The position numbers and the translations under genes were made by a program. Source: an uncultured Bacilli bacterium (GTDB lineage Bacteria; Bacillota_I; Bacilli_A; RF39; UBA660). Taken from it: a stretch of 46,108 bases of DNA. Each line of letters starts with the position of its first letter. Within the stretch, counting starts at the first letter, position 1. Location: contig CAKOIB010000001.1 of assembly GCA_934086255.1 (NCBI GenBank), positions 1-46,108 on the forward strand, written 5' to 3'. The notes under the pieces were generated by a model. The model saw only the letters and a program-made list of their open reading frames with translations, was not told the origin of the DNA and made no database searches. Below are positions 1-7,303 of the stretch, piece after piece.

Positions 1-471
1 TTAATACCAGAAGAAATTCCTACAACTATACTAGGGTGTTGGGTAATAAATCATAAATTCAAAGGACAAAAAGAAAATGATAAAATCCGAGTAGAAGGAA
101 CTTGTGACGTAAACATTTGGTACTCATACGATAATGATACAAAAACAATTGTATCTAAACAAACAATATCATATAGTGAATTGCTAAATGTAAAAACAAC
201 TAAAGAACTAGAATCTAATAGTCAAGAAGAAATAATTGTAAGAAGCCTAAAACAACCAAGTTGTACAAAAGTAGAAATAAAAGAAGGAAAAATAGAATAT
301 TCTATTGAAAAAGAACTAGGAATAGAAATAGTCGGAGATACAAAAATGCGTATTTCAGTTGACGAAGATGAAGACGAATGGGAAGATATAATTGACGAAC
401 AAGAAAAAGAAGAAATATCAAAACAAATAGAAAACTCAGTTGAAGAAAACTTTATAACCGAAGACAAATAA
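1..471 (+). CDS. cotE: Outer spore-coat morphogenetic protein CotE-like, C-terminal ~156 aa (5' end upstream of window)
   Basis: Frame 1 is open from base 1 (LIPEEIPTTILGCWVINHKFKGQ...). Blocks ILGCWVINHKF, VEGTCDVNIWYSY, LKQPSCTKVEI and IVGDTK, plus the acidic tail DEDEDEWEDIIDEQEKEE, parallel B. subtilis CotE as I recall it. The 181 start in the ORF track is just an internal TTG. Confidence 0.6.
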   Translation, partial: LIPEEIPTTILGCWVINHKFKGQKENDKIRVEGTCDVNIWYSYDNDTKTIVSKQTISYSELLNVKTTKELESNSQEEIIVRSLKQPSCTKVEIKEGKIEYSIEKELGIEIVGDTKMRISVDEDEDEWEDIIDEQEKEEISKQIENSVEENFITEDK

Positions 472-494
472 AAGACACAATTGTCTTTTTTCTT
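471..494 (+). terminator. Rho-independent terminator after cotE-like gene
   Basis: aaagaca (471-477) / tgtcttt (482-488), 4-nt loop, followed by a T-rich run. Confidence 0.6.
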
Positions 495-521
495 GATTTA
501 AGAACACAATTATGCTATAAT
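493..521 (+). promoter_or_regulatory. SigA-type promoter (TTGATT-17-TATAAT with TG extension)
   Basis: TTGATT 493-498, 17-nt spacer, TGc-TATAAT 513-521. SD GAGGTGG lies just before the ATG at 543. Confidence 0.5.
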
Positions 522-542
522 ACAGACACTTGAGGTGGACAT

Positions 543-1172
543 ATGAAAAATAAAATAATAGGAAATATTAAACTATATCCAAAAAATACTAAGAAAAAAA
601 TTATAGCACTATTCTTACTAGGAACAATTATATCAACATCATCAGCAGGATGCGCCAAGGATAAAACATGCAATATAAAAGAAGACCATTATCACATTTA
701 TAAAAATAAAACTAATATAGAATACACATACAAAGATTGTAACTTTGATTCAAAATCATATACAAATACTGGAGAATACATAATAAAAGATGATCTAGGC
801 AACTATCTTTATCAAAACAATTTATATGAAACAGACCTATTAAAAGACGAGATAGAAGAAGATCTAAATAATAAAAAAACAATATATCAAATAAAAAACA
901 CAACACCATATAAAAATAAAGCTGGAAAACTAACATTTCCAACAAAATGGAAAACAGTAAGTAAAAAAACATTTTCAAACTACGAAGGAATAGGACGTAT
1001 AGGAACACAAAAAGAATATAAAATATACAAACTATCAAAAGAAAATAATATCTATAAAAAAGAAAAAATAACATCAAAAGAACTAGAACAAGGAACATAT
1101 ATAGATATAAATGATTTCATTATCTTACAAGATGCAGAACAATCATACTATGTAAAAGGAAAAAAAATATAA
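543..1172 (+). CDS. Putative lipoprotein, function unknown
   Basis: N-terminal basic region plus hydrophobic stretch ending in the lipobox-like SSAG-C. SD GAGGTGG upstream. Lys/Tyr/Asn-rich mature part with no recognised domain. Confidence 0.6.
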   Translation: MKNKIIGNIKLYPKNTKKKIIALFLLGTIISTSSAGCAKDKTCNIKEDHYHIYKNKTNIEYTYKDCNFDSKSYTNTGEYIIKDDLGNYLYQNNLYETDLLKDEIEEDLNNKKTIYQIKNTTPYKNKAGKLTFPTKWKTVSKKTFSNYEGIGRIGTQKEYKIYKLSKENNIYKKEKITSKELEQGTYIDINDFIILQDAEQSYYVKGKKI

Positions 1173-1190
1173 CATAGAAAGGGAAAAAAC

Positions 1191-2165
1191 ATGTTTAAAG
1201 TAGGAAATATAAAAATAAAAAACAAAATAGTATTTGCACCAATGGCTGGAGTATCAAATATAAGCTTTAGAACAATCATAAAAGAAATGGGCGCAGGCTT
1301 AATATATTCAGAAATGATAAGTACAATGGGTATCAAATATGGAAGTCAAAAAACTATAGATTTAATAAATTTTAATGAAACAGAAAGACCCATAAGTATT
1401 CAGATATTTGGAAACGATGAAGATACATTCGTCGAAGCAGCAAAATATATCGAAGACAACTATCATCCTGATATAATAGACATAAACATGGGATGCCCAG
1501 TCCCTAAAATAGCATTAAGATCTCAAGCAGGAAGTGCTTTATTAAAAAATCCAGATAAAATATATGAAATAGTTAAAAAAGTAGTAGAAAATACAAATAC
1601 TCCAATAAGCGTAAAAATAAGAAGCGGTTGGGATGAAAATAGTATAAATGCTGTAGAAGTAGCAAAAAAAATAGAACAAGCTGGTGCATCACTAATAGCT
1701 ATACATGCAAGAACAAGATCGCAAGGATACACTGGTAAAGCAAATTGGGATATAATAAAAAAAGTAAAAGAAAATGTTAATATACCAGTAATAGGAAATG
1801 GTGACATAAAAACAATATATGATGCGAAAAAAATGCTTGACGAAACAAAATGCGATGCTATAATGATTGGAAGAGCAACCCTAGGCAATCCTTGGTTCAT
1901 AAAAGAATGCGTAAAATATATAGAAAATAATAAAATAATAGATCCTCCAACAAATATAGAAAAAATAGATATGATTGAGCATCACTACGAACTCTTAAAA
2001 AAATATACAAGTGAAAAACAAGCACTATTAGAAATTAGAATGCATGCACTTTGGTATATAAAAGGACTACCAAATATAAAAGAATACAAAAACAAAATAA
2101 CATCATGCAAAACAGAAAAAGAATTTAAAAACTTATTAAATGAAATAAGAGAAAACGTCAAATAG
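1191..2165 (+). CDS. dusB: tRNA-dihydrouridine synthase (DusB family)
   Basis: VFAPMAGVSN..., DINMGCPVPK, SVKIRSGWD and AIHARTR motifs are typical of Dus flavoenzymes. SD GGGAAAAAAC-ATG. Confidence 0.9.
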   Translation: MFKVGNIKIKNKIVFAPMAGVSNISFRTIIKEMGAGLIYSEMISTMGIKYGSQKTIDLINFNETERPISIQIFGNDEDTFVEAAKYIEDNYHPDIIDINMGCPVPKIALRSQAGSALLKNPDKIYEIVKKVVENTNTPISVKIRSGWDENSINAVEVAKKIEQAGASLIAIHARTRSQGYTGKANWDIIKKVKENVNIPVIGNGDIKTIYDAKKMLDETKCDAIMIGRATLGNPWFIKECVKYIENNKIIDPPTNIEKIDMIEHHYELLKKYTSEKQALLEIRMHALWYIKGLPNIKEYKNKITSCKTEKEFKNLLNEIRENVK

Positions 2166-2189
2166 ATACAAAAAAGTATCTTTTTTTTT
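2164..2189 (+). terminator. Rho-independent terminator after dusB
   Basis: agatac (2164-2169) / gtatct (2176-2181) followed by a run of 9 T. Confidence 0.6.
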
Positions 2190-2222
2190 AATAAAATAGT
2201 ATACTAAATGTAGGTGATAAAA

Positions 2223-2663
2223 ATGAAAATAGCAATAGCATCAGACCATCGTGGCTATGAAATGAAACAAGAACTAATAAAATATTTAAAAGAACAAAAC
2301 TATGAAGTCATAGATTTAGGAACAAATAGCAAAGAAAGTGTAGACTATCCAAAATATGGAATACTACTAGGAGAAACAATAAAAGACAAAAAAGCTGATC
2401 TAGGAATTGCCCTTTGCGGAACAGGAATAGGAATATCAATAGCATGCAATAAAGTAAAAGGAATAATCTGTGCAAAAGTATCAAACAAAAAAGAAGCACG
2501 ACTTGCCAAAGAACACAATCACGCCAATATAATTGCATTATCTGGAGAAATGTCAAAACTTAAAACAAAACAAATTATAAAAACATTTTTAACTTCACAA
2601 GAAAACAATCAAGAAAAATATATAAAAAGAATAAATCAAATTAAGGAGTACGAAAATGGGTAA
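2223..2663 (+). CDS. rpiB: Ribose-5-phosphate isomerase B (RpiB/LacA family)
   Basis: MKIAIASDHRGYEMKQ..., LCGTGIGISIACNK and NIIALSG motifs. ATG 2223 sits 5-6 nt after SD AGGTGA, so the track start 2214 (GTG inside the SD) is unlikely. Confidence 0.9.
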   Translation: MKIAIASDHRGYEMKQELIKYLKEQNYEVIDLGTNSKESVDYPKYGILLGETIKDKKADLGIALCGTGIGISIACNKVKGIICAKVSNKKEARLAKEHNHANIIALSGEMSKLKTKQIIKTFLTSQENNQEKYIKRINQIKEYENG

Positions 2664-2850
2664 AATAACTCTATACTTTTTAACAACAGTATTAGTAATA
2701 ATATCACTAGACTCAGTAAATATAAATAATATATTTAAAAAAAATAAAGTCTTTCAAGCAAGACTATTTTACTTCTTCTTAGCAATATCACTAATATATT
2801 TAGTAACAAACTTTATTTACGAAATTGCCACAACAATAAAAATATTTTAA
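2656..2850 (+). CDS. Small two-TM membrane protein, unknown function
   Basis: 64-aa ORF overlapping the rpiB stop by 8 nt (ATGGGTAA), SD AAGGAG 2641-2646, two hydrophobic segments. No homology recognised. Confidence 0.4.
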   Translation: MGKITLYFLTTVLVIISLDSVNINNIFKKNKVFQARLFYFFLAISLIYLVTNFIYEIATTIKIF

Positions 2851-2864
2851 GTTTATGAATAAAA

Positions 2865-2896
2865 ACCTCATTAATTGTTAAAACTTTTAATGAGGT
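2865..2896 (+). promoter_or_regulatory. 10-bp stem-loop whose 3' arm contains the SD of the spoIIQ-like gene (weak terminator / translational occlusion)
   Basis: acctcattaa (2865-2874) pairs perfectly with ttaatgaggt (2887-2896). The 3' arm carries GAGGTG 5 nt before ATG 2903. Only a short T run (4 nt) follows. Confidence 0.45.
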
Positions 2897-2902
2897 GATT
2901 TT

Positions 2903-3538
2903 ATGATGAAAAAAATAACAAGAAACTACACAGTAGAAGCAATTATATTTACAAGCATATGTATATTTTGTTTACTAGGCTTAGCACTAACAAGATCAAT
3001 GTCAGTAGCAGAATCAAAAATAAGTGACAATTATACATACGTTTCTTATGAAGTGCTTACAGATAATGTTGTGCCAGTTACAAAAGAAGAACAAAAAAGT
3101 GTTGTAAGACCATATGATGATGACAAAGTAAAAATTGGAAAAACATTCTATGACTATCAAAATAAAGAAACACAAGAAAAATCAATCATATACTACGAAA
3201 ACACATATATTCAAAACAGCGGAGTAGATTACACAAATGATTCAGTATTTAAAGTAAATGCAATTAAAGATGGAAAAATCCTATCAATAACAAAAGATGA
3301 CATAACAGGAACAACTATAAAAATAAAACACAACGACAACTTAATTAGCATTTACCAAAGTGTAAAAGACGTACTTGTAAAAGAAAATGAAGAAGTAAAA
3401 CAAGGACAAACAATAGCATCATCATCTACAAACGCAATAAGTCAAGACCTAGGAAATCATTTACACTTTGAGTTATATAGCAACAATAAACTAATAGATC
3501 CAGAAAAATACTTCAGTGAAAATATAAAAGGATACTAA
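2903..3538 (+). CDS. spoIIQ: Stage II sporulation protein Q-like membrane-anchored LytM/M23-domain protein
   Basis: N-terminal TM. The C-terminal block ISIYQSVKDVLVKENEEVKQGQTIASS...GNHLHFELYSNNKLIDPEKYF parallels B. subtilis SpoIIQ. The HxxxD motif reads S-G-V-D (Ser for His), as in B. subtilis SpoIIQ. Location just upstream of mbl fits. Confidence 0.7.
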   Translation: MMKKITRNYTVEAIIFTSICIFCLLGLALTRSMSVAESKISDNYTYVSYEVLTDNVVPVTKEEQKSVVRPYDDDKVKIGKTFYDYQNKETQEKSIIYYENTYIQNSGVDYTNDSVFKVNAIKDGKILSITKDDITGTTIKIKHNDNLISIYQSVKDVLVKENEEVKQGQTIASSSTNAISQDLGNHLHFELYSNNKLIDPEKYFSENIKGY

Positions 3539-3539
3539 T

Positions 3540-4523
3540 ATGTTTAATAAGGATATAGGAATAGATCTAGGAACAGTCAATATATTAGTTTATGTTAAAG
3601 GAGAAGGAATAATAGTAAATGAACCAAGCGTAATAGTAGTAGATGAACAAACAAAAAAACCAATTGCTTTCGGAGAAGAAGCAAACAAAATGTTAGGAAG
3701 AACACCAGGAAAAATAAAAGCAATAAAACCTATGAAAGATGGAGTGATCGCAGACTTTGAAATGGTTGAAACATTACTATCATATTTATTAAAAAAGATA
3801 AATATAAAAAATAAAATTGTAAAACCAAGAATAATAATATGTTGCCCATCAAACATAACAGAAGTAGAGAAAAACGCTATAAAAGAAGCAGCAGAAAGAA
3901 CAGGTGCTAAAAAAGTCTTTATTGAAGAAGAACCTAAAGTTGCCGCAATAGGAGCAGGCCTAGAAATAGGAGAACCAATGGGTAACATGGTTGTAGACAT
4001 TGGAGGAGGAACAACCGATATTGCAGTCTTATCATTAGGAAATATAGTAACAAGTGCATCAATAAAAACAGCAGGAAATACATTTGATGAAAATATAATA
4101 GAATATGTAAAAAATAAATATAAACTCTTAATCGGAGAAAAAACAGCAGAAAATATAAAAATAAAAATAGGAACAGTAAAAAGCACAAAAAAAGAAAAAT
4201 TAGAAATAAGAGGAAGAGACCTAATCGGAGGTCTTCCAAAAACCATTACAATAACAAGTGACGAAGTAGAAGAAGCATTAAAAGATAGCATTAACAAAAT
4301 AATATCAATGATAAAAGTAGTATTAGAACAAACTCCACCAGAATTAGCATCAGATATTATTGAAAATGGAATAATGCTAACTGGAGGAGGAGCAATGCTT
4401 CAAAATCTAAAAGAACTTCTAGAAGAAGAATTAAAAGTACCAGTTAAAGTAGCAGAAAATCCACTTGCATGTGTAGCTGAAGGAACAGGAATAATGTTAG
4501 ATAAGATATATTATATAGACTAA
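3540..4523 (+). CDS. mbl: Rod-shape-determining actin homologue MreB/Mbl
   Basis: DIGIDLGTVN, MKDGVIADFE, DIGGGTTDIAV and LTGGGAML motifs. No mreC/mreD downstream, so this is an Mbl/MreBH-type paralogue. Confidence 0.9.
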   Translation: MFNKDIGIDLGTVNILVYVKGEGIIVNEPSVIVVDEQTKKPIAFGEEANKMLGRTPGKIKAIKPMKDGVIADFEMVETLLSYLLKKINIKNKIVKPRIIICCPSNITEVEKNAIKEAAERTGAKKVFIEEEPKVAAIGAGLEIGEPMGNMVVDIGGGTTDIAVLSLGNIVTSASIKTAGNTFDENIIEYVKNKYKLLIGEKTAENIKIKIGTVKSTKKEKLEIRGRDLIGGLPKTITITSDEVEEALKDSINKIISMIKVVLEQTPPELASDIIENGIMLTGGGAMLQNLKELLEEELKVPVKVAENPLACVAEGTGIMLDKIYYID

Positions 4524-4585
4524 TACCTGTTCTTTTTTGTTGAAATAAGTAAAAATATGATATAATTAACTTAGGCGGTGATAAA

Positions 4586-5647
4586 ATGCTAGATATTAAC
4601 AATCAACTACATATACTATTTATAGTACTAACATGCTTAATAATAACATTAGCAATAACATTCTATATTAAAAAAATAGCTATTCACATCGGAGCAATGG
4701 ATATTCCTAATAAAAGAAAAGTACATACAAAACCAATGCCAAGACTCGGAGGATTAGGCATATTTCTAGGTTTTCTATTTGGATACATGTTGTTCGGAGT
4801 CCAAAGCATCCAAATGAACTCAATACTAATAGGAAGTTTTATTATAGTTTTAACTGGAGTAATAGATGACATAAAACCATTAGATGCAAAAACAAAATTA
4901 ATTGGACAAATAATAGCAGCATGTATAGTAATTTTCTATGGAAACATTCTATTAAACAAGGTAACATTATTTGGATTATACATAAACTTTGGTATCTTTT
5001 CATATCCATTAACAGTCTTATTTATACTAGGATGTATAAATATAATAAATCTAATTGATGGCTTAGACGGACTATCAAGTGGAACATGTGCGATATTTTA
5101 CTTAACAATAGGAATAATAGCCTTTATTAAAGGAACAATGGGAGCACTAAACATAACACTAGCATTTATCATGTTAGGTTCTACCCTAGGATTCTTGTAT
5201 CACAATTTTTATCCAGCAAAGATATTTTCTGGAGATTCTGGTTCCATGTTTCAAGGCTTCATGATCGCAGTAATATCCTTATTAGGATTCAAAACTGCTA
5301 CAATGATTTCCCTATTTGTTCCATTATTAATTCTAGGAATACCAATCTTAGACACATTATTTGCAATTATAAGAAGAAGTTTAAAACATCAACCTATATA
5401 TATGCCAGATAAATGTCATTTGCATCATCAACTATTAAGCTTAGGATTATCGCATAGAAATACAGTATTAGCAATATATGCAATGAATATACTATTTGCC
5501 ATAGCATCAATCATATATATAATTAAAGATAAAAAAATAGGTATCTATGTTTATATAACAATATTAGCACTAATAGCATGGATAATACTTAGAACAGGAA
5601 TAATATCAGATAAAAATAAACATACGGTTAACAAAGAGAAAAAATAA
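4586..5647 (+). CDS. tagO: Glycosyltransferase family 4 undecaprenyl-phosphate HexNAc-1-phosphate transferase (TagO/WecA-like)
   Basis: Polytopic protein with PRLGGLGIF, VIDDIKPL, NLIDGLDGL, GDSGSMFQG and HLHHQL motifs of the MraY/WecA family. Confidence 0.85.
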   Translation: MLDINNQLHILFIVLTCLIITLAITFYIKKIAIHIGAMDIPNKRKVHTKPMPRLGGLGIFLGFLFGYMLFGVQSIQMNSILIGSFIIVLTGVIDDIKPLDAKTKLIGQIIAACIVIFYGNILLNKVTLFGLYINFGIFSYPLTVLFILGCINIINLIDGLDGLSSGTCAIFYLTIGIIAFIKGTMGALNITLAFIMLGSTLGFLYHNFYPAKIFSGDSGSMFQGFMIAVISLLGFKTATMISLFVPLLILGIPILDTLFAIIRRSLKHQPIYMPDKCHLHHQLLSLGLSHRNTVLAIYAMNILFAIASIIYIIKDKKIGIYVYITILALIAWIILRTGIISDKNKHTVNKEKK

Positions 5648-5667
5648 CAATTTTCTCTTTTCTTTTT
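5635..5667 (+). terminator. Rho-independent terminator after tagO
   Basis: agagaaaa (5635-5642) / ttttctct (5651-5658), then tttcttttt. Confidence 0.6.
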
Positions 5668-5693
5668 GCCTGCAAAGTGTTAGAATAATATCG

Positions 5694-5789
5694 AAAAAAG
5701 GAAAAAAATACCAAAAAAAGCAAAAAAAATGAAAAAAAATGAAGAAATTTCAAAAATTGCGCGAAAGATGTTTTAAACTATGTTATATT
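5694..5789 (+). promoter_or_regulatory. Helically phased A-tract array (curved DNA / UP-like) plus candidate extended -10 promoter for the island operon
   Basis: A5-A8 tracts start at 5694, 5702, 5713, 5722, 5732 and 5752, about 10 bp apart. TTGCGC lies at 5757-5762. TGtTATATT at 5781-5789 and TATGTT at 5779-5784 are candidate -10 elements, and the exact promoter geometry is ambiguous. Confidence 0.45.
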
Positions 5790-5805
5790 GGAGATGTGGT
5801 TGTTT

Positions 5806-6414
5806 ATGAAAGAATTTTTAAAATGGTTAGGTGTTAATGAAAAAATTGCGAAATTAGCAATATGGTTATTTGTAATTATGGTATTTCTAATAATAACTAA
5901 TGCATTATTGGATAGTATTGGATTGCCGTATTATAAAATAACTGCAGACAACCTAGTTAAAATTAACACAAACAAGGTGGTAGACTACATATCAGCAACA
6001 TTATTGACATTATTAAATTTCTATAGTGTTGTGTTCCTAGTATTTAGGTTAAGTGAATTCAAGAAAATATTGCCTTATTCAATATTGTATTTAATAGGAA
6101 ACATTATAATTAATACATTCTTTGGTTATATATGGGCTCAATTATTTATAATAGTTTTTAACGTTATATTTTTCTATATGTATTCAAACAAAAATATCAA
6201 ATACTTGTTGTATTGCTTACTTTCTATAGGGATAAACGTTGTACTGCAATATGTTTGGTATTTGACAAAAGCACAATTTATTAATTTAAATGAACATACG
6301 GGGACATCATATGCAGTGTTGGGCTTAGATTTCTTTATATTCATGACAATGATAATCGCCACAAAAGAAATATATGTTAAAAAAAGGAGCGAAAAAAATG
6401 AAACCACCAGTTAG
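5806..6414 (+). CDS. Polytopic (~6 TM) membrane protein, unknown function; first gene of agr-like island
   Basis: Long hydrophobic ORF with about six TM segments by eye. ATG 5806 is preferred over the track's TTG 5788, which overlaps the putative -10/SD region, but the start is uncertain. No homology recognised. Confidence 0.55.
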   Translation: MKEFLKWLGVNEKIAKLAIWLFVIMVFLIITNALLDSIGLPYYKITADNLVKINTNKVVDYISATLLTLLNFYSVVFLVFRLSEFKKILPYSILYLIGNIIINTFFGYIWAQLFIIVFNVIFFYMYSNKNIKYLLYCLLSIGINVVLQYVWYLTKAQFINLNEHTGTSYAVLGLDFFIFMTMIIATKEIYVKKRSEKNETTS

Positions 6415-6487
6415 TTTATTTTGGTTAGGACAATTCGACAAAGAAAGTAACTTTGCCAAAAAAATAGCTAAGAAATTAGCTAAATAA
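6398..6487 (+). CDS. Un-called 29-aa cationic amphipathic peptide (MKPPVSLFWLGQFDKESNFAKKIAKKLAK); candidate signalling/toxin precursor
   Basis: ATG 6398 is preceded by AAGGAG (6384-6389) at an 8-nt spacing. The ORF overlaps the upstream gene's end by 17 nt, and its TAA stop at 6485-6487 is followed 6 nt later by a perfect 13-bp hairpin. It is too short for the ORF track. Confidence 0.45.
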   Translation: MKPPVSLFWLGQFDKESNFAKKIAKKLAK

Positions 6488-6493
6488 TTAAAA

Positions 6494-6528
6494 GTAAATA
6501 ATAGTAAATGGGTCCTACTATTATTTAC
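6494..6528 (+). promoter_or_regulatory. Perfect 13-bp inverted repeat (stem-loop/attenuator or operator) between the peptide ORF and the AgrB-like gene
   Basis: gtaaataatagta (6494-6506) / tactattatttac (6516-6528) with 9-nt loop aatgggtcc. An A-run, not a U-tract, follows on the + strand. Confidence 0.6.
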
Positions 6529-6557
6529 AAAAATAATCCATGTAAGGGGGCAGTAAT

Positions 6558-7004
6558 ATGAAAGAAAAAGAAAAAAAGAATGCTAGAAAAAGAAAAAATG
6601 GAATTTGGTTTAATGACACTGCTACAATAGAAAACTTCTCACAAGTAACAGCGTCCAAGTTAGAAAAAATAATTGAAAATGTTATATTTTATGGAATTAC
6701 AATACCAATGCAGTTATTTCAAACACTAGGAGTCTTCGCAATTGCATGTTTCAATGATGCATTTGCAGAACTATCGTTCTTCTTAATAGGTTTTTTCTTC
6801 ACAAGAAGCTTTTTAGGAGAAACATTTCATTTAAATTCAACAATAACATGTACAACATTTACTTGGACATTATTTTTCTTGATAACATGGTTAATCCCTA
6901 GTATATACATAAGTGTTTTCCTATGTGTACTTATGGGAGTTATGTTATCAATATACATGCATTATATAGTAGTAAAGGAAGATGAGGTATGCCAAAGAGA
7001 TTAG
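6558..7004 (+). CDS. Short (148 aa, ~4 TM) membrane protein with AgrB-like R-x4-G-x3-H-x6-C motif; putative peptide-processing protease
   Basis: SD AAGGGGG about 8 nt before the ATG. FFFTRSFLGETFHLNSTITCTTFT has His91 and Cys98 seven residues apart between TM segments, like the AgrB catalytic H77/C84 and the family pattern R..aGG.H......C. It is shorter than typical AgrB (~190 aa). Confidence 0.45.
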   Translation: MKEKEKKNARKRKNGIWFNDTATIENFSQVTASKLEKIIENVIFYGITIPMQLFQTLGVFAIACFNDAFAELSFFLIGFFFTRSFLGETFHLNSTITCTTFTWTLFFLITWLIPSIYISVFLCVLMGVMLSIYMHYIVVKEDEVCQRD

Positions 7005-7240
7005 GATTAGGAACATTACTTTTAAAAAAATCGCGCCATGAATTAGAAGAATTATGTGACAAAAAAGGGTTAACTGGATTTGAAAAAGAAATTATAATAA
7101 GGATTTATTGGCAACACCAAAATTTAACGTTTATAGCAGATACCATGGATTTTCAAAAATATGGCAAGAAACACAAACACTATTCAGTTAGAAGCATAAA
7201 TACTTTCCATAAACAAGCATTTCTAAAAATAATCAAATAG
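6989..7240 (+). CDS. Small sigma-70 region-4-like / HTH protein (83 aa)
   Basis: Overlaps the upstream gene by 16 nt. SD AAGGAAG 7 nt before the ATG. LTGFEKEIIIRIYWQHQNLTFIADTM...YSVRSINTFHKQAFLKI follows the region-4 helix-turn-helix pattern, with an insertion before the recognition helix. Confidence 0.5.
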   Translation: MPKRLGLGTLLLKKSRHELEELCDKKGLTGFEKEIIIRIYWQHQNLTFIADTMDFQKYGKKHKHYSVRSINTFHKQAFLKIIK

Positions 7241-7303
7241 CAACAAAGCTATCATGATTTTAAAAAAAATAAAAAAATAAAAATATTTAATCAGGAGAGA
7301 GTT

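Noticed and set aside
3590-4297. Long minus-strand ORFs (this one; also 25186-25893, 37552-38178, 45145-45693, 34926-35468, 39472-39999 and all other '-' entries in the track)
   Set aside because: Each lies antisense to a + strand gene with unmistakable family motifs (mbl, clpC, trxB, fusA, uvrA, valS). Their products are low-complexity F/L/S/I-rich strings, as expected from translating the complement of A-rich codons. None has an SD or promoter.
5729-5776. 15-aa ORF (MKKNEEISKIARKMF) inside the A-tract region, considered as a leader peptide
   Set aside because: There is no SD within a usable distance. It is composed largely of the A-tracts themselves and overlaps the putative -35, so it is more simply explained as promoter-upstream DNA.
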